From an uncultured delta proteobacterium (GTDB lineage Bacteria; Bdellovibrionota; FAC87; UBA2466), in NCBI GenBank assembly GCA_963778115.1, contig CAVZSV010000004.1, forward strand, positions 194,607 through 258,606: a DNA stretch of 64,000 nucleotides, read 5' to 3'. The position numbers were made by a program, and so were the translations under genes. Of the stretch, positions 59,257-64,000 are shown piece by piece. The notes under the pieces are model-generated. The model searched no databases. It was not told the origin of the DNA and worked only from the letters and a program-made list of their open reading frames with translations. Numbering within the stretch: position 1 is the first letter of the stretch; each line of letters begins with the position of its first letter.

Positions 59257-59874
59257 ATGATCTCGACATGTCCCAATTGCAAAAACCAGATGGAGCATGA
59301 AGACTATCTGTTCGAAGTTGAGTGCAAGTGCGGAATGCGATTTAACCCCTTTTACGATGTAAAGACGGGCGATACGGGAAGCACCACGAACGCTGAAGAT
59401 CCGGGAACCGGAGGGGATCGAAGTATGGAAAACCCTCTCTCCGACTTTTCTGAAAGCCGAACCGCCTTCCAAGAGATCGTTCAGTTTGGTGAGACGATGA
59501 ACGAGCCTCCGAAGCCCAAAGCAAAAACGCCACCTACGGTACCCGCCCCTAAGGCCACCTCGAAAGCTCCGCCAATAAGTAGTCTTAGCTCGGATACTGA
59601 AGTTTCGTCGATGGGGAGTACTTCTAGCGCAGATAGGCTCATTACGAATGGCCCAACGGTACCCGGCTATGAGAACCAAACTTACTTTCTTCCGGTATCC
59701 GCTTGGACCTCGACCGATACCGACAATCCTTTGGGGCCCGGTTTTGAAACCCTTTGGAACGCTGTTGTGGCGTGTGGCGCCAACGCCCTCACTTGCGTCC
59801 ATTGGAAGTTTAGCCCCGATGGAACGCGTATCCTAATTAGCGGTATTCCAGTCCTTTGCGTAAAAGTGGGATAA
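59257..59874 (+). CDS. Hypothetical protein with N-terminal zinc ribbon
   Basis: CPNC..C.CG..F.P; Pro-rich linker. Confidence 0.7.
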   Translation: MISTCPNCKNQMEHEDYLFEVECKCGMRFNPFYDVKTGDTGSTTNAEDPGTGGDRSMENPLSDFSESRTAFQEIVQFGETMNEPPKPKAKTPPTVPAPKATSKAPPISSLSSDTEVSSMGSTSSADRLITNGPTVPGYENQTYFLPVSAWTSTDTDNPLGPGFETLWNAVVACGANALTCVHWKFSPDGTRILISGIPVLCVKVG

Positions 59875-60380
59875 ATTCTGATCTTCCCGGCCTTAGGCCT
59901 ATTGGGGCCCGCGCGCTGAAAAGTGCTATCGATACTATTCGACCGTGGATCGAAGGAGCCGAAGTTGTAGACCTCTTTTCGGGAAAGGGACGCCTTGGGC
60001 TTGCGGCCCTGGAAGAAGGGGCAAAGTCGGTAATTTTCGTAGAGAACAACGCCGCCACTTTGAAGGAGCTAAGTTCCTCTTTCAAAGGCGACTTATCTCG
60101 AGTCCGCTTTGTCAAAAGCGACGCCCTTCGCTTCTTGTTAACCACGGCTTCCAAAGACCAGCGTTTCGATATTGTTTTTGCCGATCCCCCCTTCCCGCTG
60201 TGGAATGAAAAGTTCACCCTGGAACTTCAAAATGCCGTCCTTTCCGTGCTAAGGCCAAATTCAATTTTTCTTGTGAAACACCCGACCCGAGTGGTACCTT
60301 CCCCTCCTATTCCAGGCCTATCCGCTTGGAAGGAAACTCTTTTTGGAGAAAGTCGGCTGCTTTATTTCCGATCGGGATAA
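59856..60380 (+). CDS. rsmD: RsmD family 16S rRNA methyltransferase
   Basis: LRP; DLFSG.G.LG..AL..GA; FDIVFADPP; upstream of coaD. Confidence 0.85.
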   Translation: MRKSGINSDLPGLRPIGARALKSAIDTIRPWIEGAEVVDLFSGKGRLGLAALEEGAKSVIFVENNAATLKELSSSFKGDLSRVRFVKSDALRFLLTTASKDQRFDIVFADPPFPLWNEKFTLELQNAVLSVLRPNSIFLVKHPTRVVPSPPIPGLSAWKETLFGESRLLYFRSG

Positions 60381-60402
60381 ATGGTGCGGCCGGAGTCAGA
60401 CG

Positions 60403-60888
60403 ATGCCATCACACGAGCGCCGCGCGGTCTATCCCGGAACTTTCGATCCCATCACCCATGGCCATGTGGATCTGATTACCCGATCGCTAGTGTTCTTTGA
60501 TCAAATTGTGGTTTTAGTGGCCCACTCGAAAAAAGCTCCCCTGTTCGACGCCCAAACTCGAAAGGCTTTGGTCGAGGAGTGTTTTAGTAAAGAGGGAAAG
60601 GTAAAAGTCGAAATTTACGATGGCCTGCTCGCTGACTATGCCAAGACGGCCGGAATTCATGTGGTGCTCCGCGGATTGCGTGGTATCTCCGACTTCGATT
60701 ATGAATTCCAAATGGCGACAATGAACCGCCGCATGTATCCCGACTTACAAACTTTCTTTCTCATGGCGTCAGAACGATTTTTCTTTGTCAATTCAACCCT
60801 GGTAAAGGAAGTGATCTCTCACGGTGGTAACGTGAGCGAACTCGTTCCCCCCCATGTAGAAAAGAAACTAAGAGAACGCCTATGCTAA
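60403..60888 (+). CDS. coaD: Pantetheine-phosphate adenylyltransferase
   Basis: YPGTFDPITHGH; RGLR..SDFDYE.QMA. Confidence 0.96.
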   Translation: MPSHERRAVYPGTFDPITHGHVDLITRSLVFFDQIVVLVAHSKKAPLFDAQTRKALVEECFSKEGKVKVEIYDGLLADYAKTAGIHVVLRGLRGISDFDYEFQMATMNRRMYPDLQTFFLMASERFFFVNSTLVKEVISHGGNVSELVPPHVEKKLRERLC

Positions 60889-62066
60889 AGCTCGCTTCCC
60901 GCGTTAGTTCCTTAAAATCATCCTCCATTATGGAGATTTCAGCTCGTGCCGCCGAGTTAAAAGCGCAAGGCCTGGACGTCATTAGCCTTGCCGCGGGAGA
61001 ACCCGACTTTAATACGCCTGAGCCCATTCAGCGCGCGGCCACCAAAGCCATGCAAGATGGGATCACTAAATACACACCCGTCCCGGGATTTCTAGCCCTG
61101 CGAGAAGCGATTGCGGATCTGGTCACGCGTGAAAACAAGTTTAACGTTTCAGCCGACGAGGTTTTAGTGACTTGCGGCGCCAAACACGCTCTTTATCTAG
61201 CGCTCCAATGCTTAGTGGAGCCCGGGGACGCCGTTTTGGTCCCGACTCCTGCTTGGGTTAGCTACACCCCCATGGTGGAATTGGCGGGAGCCCAAATCAT
61301 TCCGTTACCGCTTTTTGAAGAGGACGGGTTTCGCGCCAATGTCGACCGGTGGAAGGGAATGGCCATTCCCCCCAATGCCCGAGGTATTATTTTAAATAGT
61401 CCCAATAACCCCACCGGCGTTGTCTATCCCAAAGAAGATTTAATCCGTTTAGTAGGATGGGCGCTACAACGAAATCTGTGGATCCTCTCCGATGAGATCT
61501 ACGAAAAGATCCTCTACGACGGGGCCGAGCACGTGAGCATCGCTTCTTTGGGACCCGAAGTGAAAAGCCATACGATAACGGTCAGCGGCTTTTCGAAAAG
61601 TCATTGCATGACAGGATGGCGGTTGGGTTGGGCTATCGCGGAAAAAGAGCTGCTCACTAAGATGACGGCGATGCAAAGTCAGAGTATCAGCCATGTTTCC
61701 AGCATCGTACAGATGGCAGCCATTACCGCTGCCAAGCTACCGCCTCATTATGTCTCCGACATGGTGGCCGCTTTCGAAAGACGTCGGCAGTTTTGCATGG
61801 AAAGACTAAGTCGACTCACTGACTACTGCACTTACGTAAGGCCCAATGGAGCCTTCTATTTCTTTCTCAACTTCTCACGCTATCTGAGTGCTAAGAAGAT
61901 GAGTGACGTTGAACTCTGCCGAGACTTGCTAAGTAAAGCGCAGGTGGGCGTCGTGCCGGGATCTTCCTTTGGAAGGGAGAAGTCGGTTCGATTGAGTTAC
62001 GCCACGAATGAGGAAATCTTGGGTAAAGCATTTGATAGGATTGAAAAGTATCTAAAAAGTTCGTAG
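60882..62066 (+). CDS. PLP-dependent aminotransferase class I/II (aspartate aminotransferase-like)
   Basis: GEPDF.TP; NSPNNPTG; SDEIY; SK.H.MTGWRLG. Confidence 0.93.
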   Translation: MLKLASRVSSLKSSSIMEISARAAELKAQGLDVISLAAGEPDFNTPEPIQRAATKAMQDGITKYTPVPGFLALREAIADLVTRENKFNVSADEVLVTCGAKHALYLALQCLVEPGDAVLVPTPAWVSYTPMVELAGAQIIPLPLFEEDGFRANVDRWKGMAIPPNARGIILNSPNNPTGVVYPKEDLIRLVGWALQRNLWILSDEIYEKILYDGAEHVSIASLGPEVKSHTITVSGFSKSHCMTGWRLGWAIAEKELLTKMTAMQSQSISHVSSIVQMAAITAAKLPPHYVSDMVAAFERRRQFCMERLSRLTDYCTYVRPNGAFYFFLNFSRYLSAKKMSDVELCRDLLSKAQVGVVPGSSFGREKSVRLSYATNEEILGKAFDRIEKYLKSS

Positions 62067-62111
62067 GCCGCTCGACACGGCTGTACTGTTTTGGGGGATA
62101 CCGTTGGTTCC

Positions 62112-62161
62112 TGTCATTGCGATCGTAGCCGAAGCAACCCGTAATTCAAAGGACAGTGACA
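62112..62161 (+). repeat. GTCATTGCG-type REP-like element
   Basis: TGTCATTGCGATCGTAGCCGAAGCAACCC...CAGTGACA between convergent genes. Confidence 0.5.
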
Positions 62162-62173
62162 ACCCATCGCGAA

Positions 62174-63448
62174 CTAATTCACTTCCGTAACCAATCGTTT
62201 CACCGTCTCCCATCTCAAAGTGATCGTACTAAATAACTGAATGGCTGCCGCATAATCATTGCCCGAGGCATATTTTAAAGCGGCGTCGATTTGAGGGACC
62301 ATGCCATCTAGCTCTAAGGATGCCGCTTCAAAGTTATTCACTTTCTTAAGCAGCTTCGTGAAATCCCCTTGCAAGGAAGCAAGCGCTTGCCGATCCTTTT
62401 CATCGGATTGACTGAGAGCAGAACTATTTTTCACCGTCAAAGCCGCATCTACTGCCGCACTCTTGTCCACCGTATCGGCGTACAAAGATCCTAATTCTGT
62501 GTTAACGGTGGCTAACTGTTCTTCCAATCCCTTCTTGTCGGGTTCGGCGGCAAGCTTTAACTGCGCTTGAAGCTTGGTTCGTTCAGAGGCCTTTGCGTTA
62601 AGCGCTTGAGTGGCCGCTTCGAGTTTCTCTTGAGCGTTACGTACAGGGGCGTTTAAAGCCTCCAAGCCGTCCTTTCGAGACTCTAAGGCCTTTTGTAGAT
62701 TCAAAACTGCCGCTCGCTGATCGCTTAAGCTGTGAAGCAAACCATTATCCTTACTCCCGTTTAATTCCACTGCTAGTGTAGCTCTTAGTTTTGCTACGTT
62801 ACCCTTCGATTTCGAAAGAACGTCAGTCAATGCTCCTTTTTGCTTCTTCACCAAGTTACTGGTTTCCAAAAGATCTCCGACACGATCGTTTAAGCCCTGT
62901 TCCAAAAGAGTGATCAATTTTTTCAAGACCCGATTTTGGCTAGATAACTGTTTGTTAGTAACTTCTTTTTCCGGGGTCACCTTTAAAGCGGAAAAGCTGC
63001 CGTTGGTAGCCTGAAGCTCGCAGTTTGCCGCATAGAAATCCCCGGAACACAGATCCCTCAGTTCCCATCCGTCCTTAGTTTTTTCAAGTTCACCGACCAA
63101 AAGACTCTGTTCAAAAAGATATAAGGTCGTATTCGAAGTCGAAACATCTTGGGAAGGCTCATAGGCGGTAAGACGCTTTTGAAAGCGTGGAGCAAGTCCT
63201 TGTGAAGGACACTGCCCTTCTCCTAGCTCCAGATACTTGGTGCTGTTGCCTTGAGTAAGTTGCGCACAGGTCTTGTCGCTACTTAAACTTGAATTCTCAA
63301 GGCTTACATTACTCAACCAAGCCCTAGATTCGGGAGCTGCACCCGGGTTCGCCGACGAATTTCCTGAATTATTTCCGCAAGCTGTAATAAAAAGTGCGAT
63401 CGTTGAAAAAAGGAACGAAAAGCTAAGCGACCTTAAGGCATGTCTCAT
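62174..63448 (-). CDS. Lipoprotein with long C-terminal coiled coil
   Basis: GGAGGGG RBS; ITAC lipobox; heptad-rich C-terminus. Confidence 0.8.
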   Translation of the reverse strand: MRHALRSLSFSFLFSTIALFITACGNNSGNSSANPGAAPESRAWLSNVSLENSSLSSDKTCAQLTQGNSTKYLELGEGQCPSQGLAPRFQKRLTAYEPSQDVSTSNTTLYLFEQSLLVGELEKTKDGWELRDLCSGDFYAANCELQATNGSFSALKVTPEKEVTNKQLSSQNRVLKKLITLLEQGLNDRVGDLLETSNLVKKQKGALTDVLSKSKGNVAKLRATLAVELNGSKDNGLLHSLSDQRAAVLNLQKALESRKDGLEALNAPVRNAQEKLEAATQALNAKASERTKLQAQLKLAAEPDKKGLEEQLATVNTELGSLYADTVDKSAAVDAALTVKNSSALSQSDEKDRQALASLQGDFTKLLKKVNNFEAASLELDGMVPQIDAALKYASGNDYAAAIQLFSTITLRWETVKRLVTEVN

Positions 63449-63508
63449 TACCCCTCCCATGATTCGCCACTTTAGCCCCACCCGTCGCTCAGCGTCAAGA
63501 CCCGTTCT

Positions 63509-64000
63509 TTAGAACGAGTTCCCTAGATCGACGTAGAAGAATTGCCCTTCAGGATTGACCGCCATATCGAGGCGGACGACAAAACGATTGCTCCAAATGA
63601 GTCGGGCTCCGAAGCCGGCCGAAGCGTGAAAGTCACCGAAACTAAGCGGAAGGACTGAAGGCCAGACTCGGCCAAAGTCGACAAAAGGAACCAAGCCAAA
63701 GGTGAAGTCCTGCTTGGCAAAGAGAAACTGCAAAGGGTCCCAGCGCATTTCCGCACCTACGACAAACCGGATTTTGTCGATGAAACGGTTGCCGTCGTAT
63801 CCCCGTAGGAACCGTGAACCTCCAAAATCGAGAGTGGGATGAGAGCCTCCTGTAGCGTCTAATTCATAAAAGGGGATATTCCCCGAGAGATCTTCGAAGA
63901 AGACTCGAGTGGCTGAGAATCAGATCCCGGTGAAGCGGAAAGTACTGCCGATACGTATAAGTGAACCGCCAGAAGTTATAATCACTCCCCATAAAGGGAG
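63509..64000 (-). CDS. Omp85/BamA-TamA family outer membrane protein, 3' part (runs off window; frameshift at ~63914)
   Basis: IPFYE..GG...LRGY..NRF; FVDFGRVW; G.G.R; C-terminal F. Confidence 0.85.

Noticed and set aside
58873-59802. 309-aa antisense ORF (and similar shadows at 4034, 30157, 42286, 54525)
   Set aside because: They overlap well-supported genes on the opposite strand and have no recognisable motifs.
1-64000. tRNA, rRNA, transposase or phage genes
   Set aside because: None recognised by eye; a tRNAscan/Infernal run would be needed to exclude small RNAs.

Overview
Bacterial chromosomal segment of roughly 50% GC (by eye). The many small secreted proteins and lipoproteins, maeB, short secA, rsmD-coaD-aminotransferase run and REC-GGDEF suggest a Bdellovibrionota/deltaproteobacteria-like organism (inference only). 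The left ~30 kb is accessory-like, with secreted hypotheticals, a LysR/SDR pair, ppiC, TMEM175, EamA, AzlCD and glycosyltransferases. The right half is mostly housekeeping (gloB, mutY, maeB, nagZ, secA, coaD) plus a complete lexA <> imuA-imuB-dnaE2 mutagenesis cassette. I recognised no rRNA, tRNA, CRISPR array or transposase. The most unusual signals are: (1) five copies of a ~95-bp three-tier hairpin element at 254-1281, which bracket one secreted-protein gene like a cassette and truncate neighbouring genes; (2) a four-helix-bundle gene remnant with a hexamer-repeat end, plus a 109-bp MITE-like derivative at 6627-6735; (3) a perfect 18-bp palindrome over the divergent lexA/imuA promoters, a candidate new SOS box; (4) signal-peptide proteins carrying normally cytoplasmic domains (tandem GGDEF/palm-like, pseudo-receiver); (5) several probably leaderless genes. 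Single-base frameshifts in three otherwise intact genes suggest residual sequencing or assembly error.
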